A stretch of DNA of 32,000 bases from Thermosulfurimonas dismutans (GTDB taxonomy: Bacteria; Desulfobacterota; Thermodesulfobacteria; Thermodesulfobacteriales; Thermodesulfobacteriaceae), in contig NZ_LWLG01000015.1 of assembly GCF_001652585.1 (NCBI RefSeq), forward strand, positions 31,800-63,799. The letters are read 5' to 3'. The position numbers were made by a program, and so were the translations under genes. The notes below the pieces were generated by a model. It saw nothing but the letters and a program-made list of their open reading frames with translations. It ran no database searches and had not been told where the DNA came from. Of this stretch, positions 1-8,500 are shown one piece after another. How positions within the stretch are numbered: the first letter of the stretch is position 1; each line of letters begins with the position of its first letter.

Positions 1-1045
1 GGTTCGCAATATGATTCAGAAAGGGTTGAAAGGCGTGGAATTTATAGCTGCCAACACGGATTACCGGGTATTGGATCCCAATCCTGCACCGGAAAAGATC
101 CAGCTGGGCAGAAATTTAACTAAGGGCCTAGGAGCCGGAGGAAATCCCGAAATCGGACGAGAGGCCGCTCTTGAGGCCGAGGATGAGATTAGAGAGGCCC
201 TTTCGGGAGCGGATATGGTTTTCGTGACCGCGGGACTTGGAGGGGGAACCGGAACCGGAGCCGCGCCGGTGGTGGCTCGTATCAGTAAGGAATTAGGGGC
301 CCTTACGGTGGCTGTAGTTACCAAGCCCTTTGCCTTTGAAGGGCGTCCCCGGATGATGGTGGCCCAGCAGGGATTGGAGGAACTGAAGAAGTACGTGGAC
401 ACTATTATAACCATTCCCAACGATCGTCTGCGGGCCCTTTCTTCTCCCAACGCCAAGCTATACGAGATGTTCCAGAAGGCTGACGATGTCCTTTATTACG
501 CTGTAAGAGGCATCTCAGATTTGATCCTCCTTGACGGTTATATCAATCTTGATTTTGCGGACGTGCGGGCCGTCATGACCGACATGGGTGGGCTGGCCCT
601 TATGGGCACGGGGATCGCTAGTGGGGATCACCGGGCAGAGGCCGCGACCCAAAGTGCGATTTCGAGTCCGCTTCTTGAGGATGTTTCTATTTCTGGGGCC
701 AGGGGAGTACTTCTCAATATTACCGCTCATCCCGATACCCTTACTATGGAGGAAGCCACACTTATATCCGAGATGGTCTCCAAAGAGGCCCACGAAGAGG
801 CCAAGATCTTCTGGGGAGTGGTGTTTGATGAAGAAATAGGAGACGAGCTACGGGTTACAGTCATTGCCACCGGAATTGGGGCTCGCGCTGAGGAAGAAAA
901 GAAGGAACAGAAGGTCTTACCTTTCGAGAAGCCTCGCGAAAAGAGGGAAGAGATGCCGAAGAAACGCCGTTCGCGAATTTTGGATTCACTGCCTACGGAG
1001 GAAGAACTAGAAATTCCTACTTTTCTAAGACGAAAAGCGGATTAA
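1..1045 (+). CDS. ftsZ: Cell division GTPase FtsZ, 5'-truncated by the window edge (frame enters at base 2; the Met at 11 is internal)
   Basis: Tubulin/FtsZ signature GGGTGTGAAPV, then NDRL and the C-terminal EIPTFLRRKAD peptide. Codons upstream of base 11 read V-R-N-M-I, continuing the conserved N-terminal region, so the true start lies outside the window. Stop TAA at 1043-1045. Confidence 0.95.
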   Translation, partial: VRNMIQKGLKGVEFIAANTDYRVLDPNPAPEKIQLGRNLTKGLGAGGNPEIGREAALEAEDEIREALSGADMVFVTAGLGGGTGTGAAPVVARISKELGALTVAVVTKPFAFEGRPRMMVAQQGLEELKKYVDTIITIPNDRLRALSSPNAKLYEMFQKADDVLYYAVRGISDLILLDGYINLDFADVRAVMTDMGGLALMGTGIASGDHRAEAATQSAISSPLLEDVSISGARGVLLNITAHPDTLTMEEATLISEMVSKEAHEEAKIFWGVVFDEEIGDELRVTVIATGIGARAEEEKKEQKVLPFEKPREKREEMPKKRRSRILDSLPTEEELEIPTFLRRKAD

Positions 1046-1875
1046 AGGACAATCCGTTTAATTCGATGGGCGTGACATTGAATGTTTACGGCCACCGGGA
1101 GGCTGGCAATATGCGAAGGGTGGGTCTCGATGTGAACGGCAAGGGCCGTGGTTTGCCCGCCGAGGCCCAGAGGCCCGATTCCGAGTTGGTTAATTTTTAA
1201 AAGCAGTTCCTCCTCAAGGTCAGCAACTTCTTTTTCGGGATGAGGTTTAGCCAGGGGTCTCAAAAGGGCTTTCTTAGAGAGCAGGGCGGCGGTTTCGAAA
1301 TTACCGCCAATACCTACGCCTACCACTACCGGGGGGCAGGGATTGGCTCCCGCCCGGGAAACGGTCTCAATTACGAAGTTTTTTATACCTTCAAGACCTG
1401 CCGATGGTGGAAGCATGGCCAGCCGGCTCATGTTTTCGCTTCCACAGCCTTTAGGAAGAAGGAAGATTTCAAGTTCCTCTCCCGGGACGATCTCACAATG
1501 GATCACCCCCGGAGTATTGGTGCCGGTATTTCGACGCGAAAGGACTTCACAGACCGAGGCCCGGAGATACCCCTCTTTGAAACCCAGGTAAAGTCCTTCC
1601 TCAATGGCCTCATAGAGATTTTTTACTTGGACATCTTCCCCTATTCTTACGAAGACTACTGGAATCCCAGTATCCTGACAGAGTGGAAGCCCCACTTTTC
1701 GGGCCGTTTTTACGTTTTCAAGAAGGATTTCAAGGGCCCTACGGGCCAGGGGAAGGTCTTCCTTGCTCAGGGCCTCTTTCAAAGCCCTCTCCACCTCTGG
1801 CGGCAGATCCCGACAGGCTTCAATTGCCCCTCGGGCGACGGCTTCTTTTATCTTTTGGCTTTCGATTTCTCGCAT
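1042..1875 (-). CDS. Fe-S type hydro-lyase alpha subunit (class I fumarate hydratase / L(+)-tartrate dehydratase alpha-type), 277 aa
   Basis: Cys-ligand contexts CQDTG, KGCGSEN and NPCPP plus overall length match the alpha (N-terminal) domain family of two-subunit class I fumarases. ATG at 1875. No beta-subunit gene is adjacent. Confidence 0.8.
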   Translation of the reverse strand: MREIESQKIKEAVARGAIEACRDLPPEVERALKEALSKEDLPLARRALEILLENVKTARKVGLPLCQDTGIPVVFVRIGEDVQVKNLYEAIEEGLYLGFKEGYLRASVCEVLSRRNTGTNTPGVIHCEIVPGEELEIFLLPKGCGSENMSRLAMLPPSAGLEGIKNFVIETVSRAGANPCPPVVVGVGIGGNFETAALLSKKALLRPLAKPHPEKEVADLEEELLLKINQLGIGPLGLGGQTTALAVHIETHPSHIASLPVAVNIQCHAHRIKRIVL

Positions 1876-1896
1876 GCTGTTTTTTAGGTTATATTA

Positions 1897-1925
1897 TTGA
1901 CCACGAGTTTGAAAGATACTATGTT
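1897..1925 (+). promoter_or_regulatory. Putative sigma70-type promoter of ftsH (TTGACC-17 nt-TATGTT)
   Basis: TTGACC at 1897-1902, a 17-nt spacer, and TATGTT at 1920-1925. The -10 ends 8 nt before the ftsH ATG (1934), and no Shine-Dalgarno lies between them. Confidence 0.35.
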
Positions 1926-1933
1926 TTCTGAAC

Positions 1934-3811
1934 ATGCAAAGGGATAAAAAACCAAAACCCCTCTTCAACAACAATAAAAACCGCTATATTCCCTGGGTCT
2001 TCTTAGGGTTGATCCTGCTCTTCTTTTTTATGTGGCCTTTTCTTGTTTCCTATCCCAAGGAAGAGCTGGCTTACAGCGAATTCAAGACCTTGGTAAGACG
2101 GGGGTTGGTAGACAACTTGGTAATCTCTCGGGACGTGATCGAAGGTGAGTTTAAGAAAGGGGCCGCGGAGGTCCTTTCTCAGTTGAGACACGCTCCGGTC
2201 AAATCCCAGAAGTATTTTCAAACCGGTAAGGTAGATGATCCCGAACTGGTGAAGCTTCTTGAGGAAAAGGGTATTCGTTTTCGGGCCAAGGCCGAGCCTG
2301 GTTGGTTCTCGCATCTCCTTTCCTGGGTTCTACCCCTGGGGTTACTCTTCTTTTTCTGGTTTTTGATCCTGAAACGGTTTGGCCCTCCAGAAGGTGGGGT
2401 CATGGGGCTAGCCAAGAGCAAGGCTCGGGTATATGTCCAGGAGGACATCAAGGTCACCTTCAAGGATGTGGCCGGTGTGGACGAGGCCGTAGAAGAACTA
2501 AAGGAAGTTATTGAATTCCTTAAAAATCCTCAACGTTTTACGTCCCTGGGGGGAAAGATCCCCAAAGGGGTACTTCTGGTGGGACCTCCTGGCACAGGTA
2601 AAACACTTTTAGCTAGAGCGGTAGCCGGAGAAGCCGGGGTGCCCTTTATTTCCATTTCCGGTTCCTCCTTTGTAGAGATGTTTGTGGGGGTGGGGGCGGC
2701 CCGGGTGCGGGATCTTTTTGCCACTGCGGAACAAAAGGCCCCCTGCATCATCTTTATTGATGAAATTGATGCCTTGGGTAAGGTGCGCGGAGTCTCTCCA
2801 GTGGCAGGAGTTGACGAGCGGGAACAAACCCTGACCCAGCTCCTCACCGAAATGGACGGCTTTGATCCCAAGAAGGGTATCATCATCATTGCGGCCACCA
2901 ACCGTCCGGAGATTCTGGATCCAGCGCTTCTACGGCCCGGGCGCTTTGATCGGCATATTGTGGTGGATCGTCCGGATCTTAAGGGCCGGGAGGCCATCCT
3001 CCGAGTGCACACCCAGAATGTAAAACTGGCTCCAGATGTGGACCTAAAGGTGATCGCGGCTCGTACGCCCGGTATGGTGGGGGCGGATCTGGCCAATATT
3101 GTGAACGAGGCCTGTCTACTTGCGGCTCGCAAAGGTAAAAAACAGGTAGAAATGGAGGACTTTGAGGAGGCGGTGGATCGGGTCATCGCCGGTTTGGAGA
3201 AGAAGAATCGCTATCTTTCCAAGGAAGAAAAACGCCGGGTGGCCTATCACGAAACCGGACATGCCCTGGTGGCGGCTTCAGTGCCAGGTGCGGACAAGGT
3301 GCATCGTATCTCTATCATTCCGCGCGGGGTTTCAGCGCTAGGATACACCCTTCAGCTTCCCACCGAGGATCGGTATCTTCTTACCCGAAGCGAACTATTT
3401 GACAGGCTTACAGTTCTTCTAGGAGGTCGAGCTGCGGAAGAACTGGTTTTCGGGGAGATTTCCACCGGGGCCCAGAACGATCTCGAGAAGGCCACCGAGA
3501 TCGCCCGGGCTATGGTCATGGACTATGGGATGAGCGAGAAGCTTGGGCCCCAGACTTTTCGCCGCCGCGAACACCTTTTCCTGGACGTTCCCTTCCGGGA
3601 ACGGGAGACTATGTCCGAAGAAACCGCCCGGGCTATAGATGAAGAGGTTGGAAAACTCCTGCGGGAGGCCTCTACCCGGGCACAGGAGATTTTAGCCCAG
3701 AATCGCCATCGTCTGGAGGAGATAGCCGGTCTCCTTCTAGAGAAAGAGGTCCTTGAGGGTGAAGAACTGGAAAGACTCCTTTACGGAGATTCTAAAGCTC
3801 ACGAATCTTGA
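1934..3811 (+). CDS. ftsH: ATP-dependent zinc metalloprotease FtsH, 625 aa
   Basis: Two N-terminal TM helices, Walker A GPPGTGKT, Walker [10 protein letters not shown], and zinc site HETGHA. In-frame stop at 1910-1912, and no alternative start codon between it and the ATG at 1934. Confidence 0.95.
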   Translation: MQRDKKPKPLFNNNKNRYIPWVFLGLILLFFFMWPFLVSYPKEELAYSEFKTLVRRGLVDNLVISRDVIEGEFKKGAAEVLSQLRHAPVKSQKYFQTGKVDDPELVKLLEEKGIRFRAKAEPGWFSHLLSWVLPLGLLFFFWFLILKRFGPPEGGVMGLAKSKARVYVQEDIKVTFKDVAGVDEAVEELKEVIEFLKNPQRFTSLGGKIPKGVLLVGPPGTGKTLLARAVAGEAGVPFISISGSSFVEMFVGVGAARVRDLFATAEQKAPCIIFIDEIDALGKVRGVSPVAGVDEREQTLTQLLTEMDGFDPKKGIIIIAATNRPEILDPALLRPGRFDRHIVVDRPDLKGREAILRVHTQNVKLAPDVDLKVIAARTPGMVGADLANIVNEACLLAARKGKKQVEMEDFEEAVDRVIAGLEKKNRYLSKEEKRRVAYHETGHALVAASVPGADKVHRISIIPRGVSALGYTLQLPTEDRYLLTRSELFDRLTVLLGGRAAEELVFGEISTGAQNDLEKATEIARAMVMDYGMSEKLGPQTFRRREHLFLDVPFRERETMSEETARAIDEEVGKLLREASTRAQEILAQNRHRLEEIAGLLLEKEVLEGEELERLLYGDSKAHES

Positions 3812-4679
3812 AGACCCCTTCCTCCTGGGCCTTATTGAAACGTCTAAGATTCCTGAGGGTTAGAAGACTTATCACCGAAGCTGTGGATAAGAGGGTCGGA
3901 TAAAGAAGACTTATCCGATCCAGAAGGGAGAGCACTAGGCTTACGCCAGTCCCCAAAAAAAGAAAGGCTGTAAGGATCGTTAGCCTTTTTTCGTTTCGTT
4001 TGCGATTTTTCAGGACCAGTCGGATGGTGAGCAACTCCCGCAGGACCTCGAAAGTCCGTTTAAGTCCGTAATGGGTACGTCCGAACCGCCGGGGACGATC
4101 TATAATTTTTACCTCAGCTACTTCGGAATTTTTGACCCCGAAGACCGCCGGTATGAAACGATGAAAACCGTGAGGAATTTGGATACGCTTGACTATTTCT
4201 GCCCGATAGGCTTTGAGACTACAACCGTTGTCGTGCACCCTGATACCGGTGATGAGACCGATGAGACGGTTGGCCACAAAGGAAGGAATTTTACGAGTGA
4301 TAAGAGGCTCCTTGCGTTTCATGCGCCATCCGGAGACCACGGCGTAGCCTTCACGCAACTTGCGGAGAAGGTCCGGGATATAGGCCGGATCGTTCTGGCC
4401 ATCGCCGTCCATGCTTACCACGATCTCCCCTCGGGCGTTAAAAAAACCGGCGGTCAAAGCTGCGGCTTCGCCACGGTTACGGTCCATTTCAAGGACCCGC
4501 ACTCGGGAATCCCTGGCTTTGAGTTTCCTTAAAACCTCCCCAGTGCCATCGGTGCTGCCGTCATTCACATAGATTATTTCAAAGGGTTCTCCTAAAGGTT
4601 CAAGAGCCGCCAGGATTTCTTCATAAAGGGGTTCGATGTTCTTTTCTTCATTGTGTACTGGGATGACCACCGAGATCAC
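3792..4679 (-). CDS. Family 2 glycosyltransferase of the polyprenyl-phosphate sugar synthase type (ArnC/GtrB/RgtE-like), 295 aa
   Basis: N-terminal VVIPVHNEE and YVNDGSTDGT, a DGDGQNDP acidic motif, and two C-terminal hydrophobic helices (LTILTAFLFLGTGVSLVLSLL and LYPTLLSTASVISLLTL), as in ArnC/GtrB. GTG start at 4679. The 3' end overlaps the ftsH 3' end by 20 bp. Confidence 0.8.
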   Translation of the reverse strand: MISVVIPVHNEEKNIEPLYEEILAALEPLGEPFEIIYVNDGSTDGTGEVLRKLKARDSRVRVLEMDRNRGEAAALTAGFFNARGEIVVSMDGDGQNDPAYIPDLLRKLREGYAVVSGWRMKRKEPLITRKIPSFVANRLIGLITGIRVHDNGCSLKAYRAEIVKRIQIPHGFHRFIPAVFGVKNSEVAEVKIIDRPRRFGRTHYGLKRTFEVLRELLTIRLVLKNRKRNEKRLTILTAFLFLGTGVSLVLSLLDRISLLYPTLLSTASVISLLTLRNLRRFNKAQEEGVFKIREL

Positions 4680-4681
4680 TA

Positions 4682-5791
4682 CTAGGCTCCGAAAAAGGCT
4701 CTGACCGCAGAGACCACCTCTTCAAATTCGGATTCCGTAAGCTCTGGAAAGATGGGGAGCGCCAGACTCTCTTTCGCCACCCTTTCGCTTCTCGGAAGGG
4801 ATAGTTCCGGAAAGCCGGCCTCCCGCCATGCCTTCTGGCGATGTAAGGGTTCGGGATAGTAGATGCCGGTCCCGATACCTCTTTCTTTGAGGAAAGTCAT
4901 GAGCTCGTCCCGTTGCGAGGTCCTCACCACGAAACGGTGATAAACGCTGATTCTTTCCGAACCGTCCTCGGGAGGCAGTCTGAGATCCCCCACTCCCGAG
5001 AGGGCCTCGCGGTATCGAGCCGCCCATTGTCGGCGTCTTTCGTTTTGTTCTGAAAGACGACGGAGCCTGGCCCTCAGGACTACCGCTTGGAGTTCATCCA
5101 GCCGGCTGTTAAAACCGTAGAAGTGATGCTCGTTCTTTTTGACCTGTCCATGTACCCGGAGGTAACGTAGTTTGAAGGCCACTTCCTCGTCATCTGTAAT
5201 TACCAGGCCAGCGTCCCCCAGAGCATTTAGATTTTTGACTGGCCCGCAGCTAAAACAGCCTACCTTTCCGAATGTTCCGATCTTCTGCCCCCGGTATTCC
5301 GCCCCGTGGGCATGGGAGGCATCTTCAATGAGGACCAGGCCGTGGCGCTCGCAGATTTCAAGGATGGGTTCAAGAGTTATCGGATGACCATACATGTGCA
5401 CCACGATCAGGGCCTTGGTTCGGGGAGTAATGGCCGCTTTTACGGCTTCAGGATCCGGCCCCAGAGAATCCTCTTCCATTTCTACTACCACTGGTCGAGC
5501 TCCGGCCCAGAGGATGGCCTCTATATCAGCCACAAAGCCGTTGGCCTGCACGATGACCTCGTCTCCCTGACCTATGCCACAGGCTATCAGGGCAAGCCAC
5601 AGGGCTTCCGTTCCAGAGCCTACCCCAAAGGCATATTTAGTTCTGAAAAATCTAGCCGCTTCTTCTTCAAAGGCCAAAAGGTTCTCGCCGTTAAGGAGCC
5701 GCATAGTTTCGGTTACTTTGCGCCAACCAGCTTCTACCTCTTCTCTTATTTCGGGCCAATCCCTTTTGAGATCAAGAAGGGGCACCGCCAT
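4682..5791 (-). CDS. DegT/DnrJ/EryC1/StrS-family PLP-dependent sugar aminotransferase, 369 aa
   Basis: Family-typical layout: GSGTEAL, IEDASHAHGA, and the probable PLP lysine in FSCGPVKNLNALGDAG. ATG at 5791 is preceded by GGAGGG inside the end of the upstream gene. Confidence 0.85.
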   Translation of the reverse strand: MAVPLLDLKRDWPEIREEVEAGWRKVTETMRLLNGENLLAFEEEAARFFRTKYAFGVGSGTEALWLALIACGIGQGDEVIVQANGFVADIEAILWAGARPVVVEMEEDSLGPDPEAVKAAITPRTKALIVVHMYGHPITLEPILEICERHGLVLIEDASHAHGAEYRGQKIGTFGKVGCFSCGPVKNLNALGDAGLVITDDEEVAFKLRYLRVHGQVKKNEHHFYGFNSRLDELQAVVLRARLRRLSEQNERRRQWAARYREALSGVGDLRLPPEDGSERISVYHRFVVRTSQRDELMTFLKERGIGTGIYYPEPLHRQKAWREAGFPELSLPRSERVAKESLALPIFPELTESEFEEVVSAVRAFFGA

Positions 5792-5793
5792 CT

Positions 5794-6867
5794 CTAACCC
5801 TCCATCTTTCCTAGCCGGGATTTTTCAGGGGTAAAAGGAAATTTTACCTCGGTTCCGCTTTCCGCGGACTCGTAAAGAGCTTGGATGAGCTCTAGCGAGG
5901 GGATAGCGTCTTTGCCTATGCAGAGCCTGGGATCGGGGGGCTCTCCGGCGAAGTAATGCATGGCTGCTCGCAAATACTCTCGGTGGGCGAAACCTAAAGG
6001 ATCCGGCGGATTTTTTCGGCAGGCCTCAAGCTCTTCTTCATTTAAATTTTGGTTTTCCAAAGCCAGATGGGCCAGTTCGTTCATGGCAAAGCCGCCGAGT
6101 TTTACGGAGCCTTTTTCGCCTAGGATTACCAGTTCGGCTCCGAGGTCTTTAGGCCGGGCGCAGGTGGTGGCCTCGATGGTTCCTAAGGCCCCGTTTTTGA
6201 AGCGGATCACGCCCACTAAAATATCTTCCGCCTCGATTTCAACCAATCGAGTATCCTTCTTGGCGAAGACGCTTTCGACCTCACCCATGAGCCAGCGGAG
6301 CATGTCCACATGGTGGCAGCCCTGCTGGGCGAGCGCCCCGCCATCAAGGGCCCAAGTGCCACGCCAGGCGGCACTGTCGTAATAGTCCTGTCTGCGACAC
6401 CAATAAAACCGAGCCGAAGCCAGGACAATCTTACCCAAGAGATTCTTCTCCAAGATCTCTTTGACCTTCTTCACCGGGAGATTGAACCGATTCTGAAATA
6501 CCGTAACCAATTTGAGACCAAGCTCTTCGGCCGTCTGTACCATCTCCCAGGCTTCTTCGATGTTGAGGGTTATGGGTTTTTCAAGGAGTATGTTTTTACG
6601 AAATTCGCGCATTACCGGAAGAGAAATCTTTCCGTGCATTCCGGAAGGCACCGCAATGTCCACTACTTCTATTTCGGGATATTCCGAGAGCATCTTTCGC
6701 CAGTCTGTGTACCAGGCGGCTCCAATCTCCTCCGCAAAGGCCCGGGCTTTCTCGGGATCGGAATCCGCTACGGCCACTAATGCTACTTCCGGTAATTCTT
6801 TGAAGATGCGTAGATGTCTGGTAGCCGCTTTCCCGCAACCTATAAGAGCAAGTTTTACGGATTTCAT
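5794..6867 (-). CDS. Gfo/Idh/MocA-family NAD(P)-dependent oxidoreductase, WbpB/GnnA-like (nucleotide-sugar 3-dehydrogenase type), 357 aa
   Basis: N-terminal Rossmann motif LIGCGKAA, an EKP motif, and WRGTWALDGGALAQQGCHHVDML, which I recognise from WbpB/WlbA/GnnA-type enzymes. The subfamily assignment is from memory only. Confidence 0.8.
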   Translation of the reverse strand: MKSVKLALIGCGKAATRHLRIFKELPEVALVAVADSDPEKARAFAEEIGAAWYTDWRKMLSEYPEIEVVDIAVPSGMHGKISLPVMREFRKNILLEKPITLNIEEAWEMVQTAEELGLKLVTVFQNRFNLPVKKVKEILEKNLLGKIVLASARFYWCRRQDYYDSAAWRGTWALDGGALAQQGCHHVDMLRWLMGEVESVFAKKDTRLVEIEAEDILVGVIRFKNGALGTIEATTCARPKDLGAELVILGEKGSVKLGGFAMNELAHLALENQNLNEEELEACRKNPPDPLGFAHREYLRAAMHYFAGEPPDPRLCIGKDAIPSLELIQALYESAESGTEVKFPFTPEKSRLGKMEG

Positions 6868-6880
6868 TCCCCTCTCTCTC

Positions 6881-8500
6881 CTAAGGATAAGGAATAAAAG
6901 GTTGTTTTAAGATGTATTTTCCCGAAAGTTTCCAAAGGAGGTAATTTTTATTAGAATCTTTGGAACGATATAATTTATCCACGGCATAAAGTTCTCCATT
7001 GGCGCCTAAGATTTTTATTTCAGATGCCGCCTTTTTATAAAACTTTTCCCGAAAAAATACAAGATCACAATTTTGAACGGCTTTGGATAGTTCCTGATAA
7101 ATCGGTAGTGGCCTCGGTGAGGCTATATAAAAGAAGAGGTTAGCCGAAATTTTACGATAACCACAAAGCTTGGCTTGCGGAAAGCTGGTTTGTAACTGAG
7201 CCAATCCCCTTCCGAAGATTTTTTCAGAAGGTGGGGTTAAAGCGGGAGTAGCTATGGAGATCCCAGCTATAGCTAAAATAAGATAACTAAAGATAAGCCC
7301 CCAGGGGGAAGTTCGTTTTTTGACACACCACCTTAAAGCTCCTAGTATGAAAATACCGGTTATTAAGGGTAAAAAACGACTTTTGAAGGGTAAAAAATCA
7401 AAATGATGGGGAAAAATAGCCAGTAAAACAAGAGAAATGCCGACAAAAAGGGTTGTAAATCCGTAAAAATAAGAGAGGCCCCTGGCCAGGGCATCCGGAT
7501 TTTTTAGCTTATCTCTTAAATAGTAAGTTATAAGGAGCACTCCCAGGGGTACGGCCGGAAGGATGTAATAGGAGCGTCGGGCTCGAGCTAGATCGAAAAG
7601 CAGGAAAACGGCTGTAAGAGCTAGAAGCAGAAAACGCTGATTCTGGGAAACCTTGCGAAAGTTTTTAACCGTAAACCCTAGGGCCGCAAAGAAAAACAAG
7701 GTCCAAGGCAAGAATAATTCGGGAAGATAATAAAAATATACATAAAAAGGTTCACGGTTGTCGTAGGGATTGACCACCTGCGTAAGGTTTTCCCGTACAA
7801 TCAAATAGAAAGGTAGCTCACTTCCCATGGCCCGGGCGATACCTAGATAATGGAGAAAATAGAGGGTCAAGGCCAGAAAGGCCGCCCCAAAATTCTGTAA
7901 GTTAAGATGTCTGAAATTGCGGTTTAGCACTATATCTACCATGGCCACTAATACTGGCACAGTAAAACCCGGAAGTCCTTTCGAGAGGGCTGCCAAGAGG
8001 GCCGAAAACCAGAACCCCAGGTATCCCCAGAAGCTTTTCTTTTCTCGAAACCACATATAAAAGGCCAGCGCCGAGACGATGCCGGCCAGTTGGTAGATCT
8101 CGCTCTGGGCCACCCGGGCATAACCCACAAAGCCCCAGGTGGTGGCAAGGATCCCCGCAGCCGTTAAGGACCACCAAGGTTCGAAGAATCTACGGGCCAG
8201 GGCGTAAAAGGCTACGATGGTGAGAAGACCGCAGGTGGCCACCGGAAGTCTTACGGTCAACTCGTCGAGTCTCCCGAAGGCAAGGGCCGAGATCCTTATT
8301 AGCCAGTAGGGGATGAGGGGTTTGGTGACATGGGGTTCGCCGTTTATGGTGGGCACCCACCAGTCCCCACGAAGCATCATTTCCCGTACACCTTCCGCCC
8401 AGCGTCCCTCCACTCCCCATAGAGGCCGGTCGCCTAGGTTCAGGAAGAGAAAGGTCAAAAGTCCAAGCCCGAAAAGTACCATTAACTTCCGTTCTCTCAT
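6881..8500 (-). CDS. GT-C fold glycosyltransferase, ArnT/PMT_2 (family 39/83-like), 539 aa, with C-terminal soluble domain (paralog B)
   Basis: Polytopic membrane protein. First loop reads WGVEGRWAEGVREMMLRGDWWVPTINGEPHVTKPLIPYW, and an LSKGLPG motif is present. ATG at 8500 overlaps the stop of the upstream gene (ATGA). Confidence 0.8.
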   Translation of the reverse strand: MRERKLMVLFGLGLLTFLFLNLGDRPLWGVEGRWAEGVREMMLRGDWWVPTINGEPHVTKPLIPYWLIRISALAFGRLDELTVRLPVATCGLLTIVAFYALARRFFEPWWSLTAAGILATTWGFVGYARVAQSEIYQLAGIVSALAFYMWFREKKSFWGYLGFWFSALLAALSKGLPGFTVPVLVAMVDIVLNRNFRHLNLQNFGAAFLALTLYFLHYLGIARAMGSELPFYLIVRENLTQVVNPYDNREPFYVYFYYLPELFLPWTLFFFAALGFTVKNFRKVSQNQRFLLLALTAVFLLFDLARARRSYYILPAVPLGVLLITYYLRDKLKNPDALARGLSYFYGFTTLFVGISLVLLAIFPHHFDFLPFKSRFLPLITGIFILGALRWCVKKRTSPWGLIFSYLILAIAGISIATPALTPPSEKIFGRGLAQLQTSFPQAKLCGYRKISANLFFYIASPRPLPIYQELSKAVQNCDLVFFREKFYKKAASEIKILGANGELYAVDKLYRSKDSNKNYLLWKLSGKYILKQPFIPYP

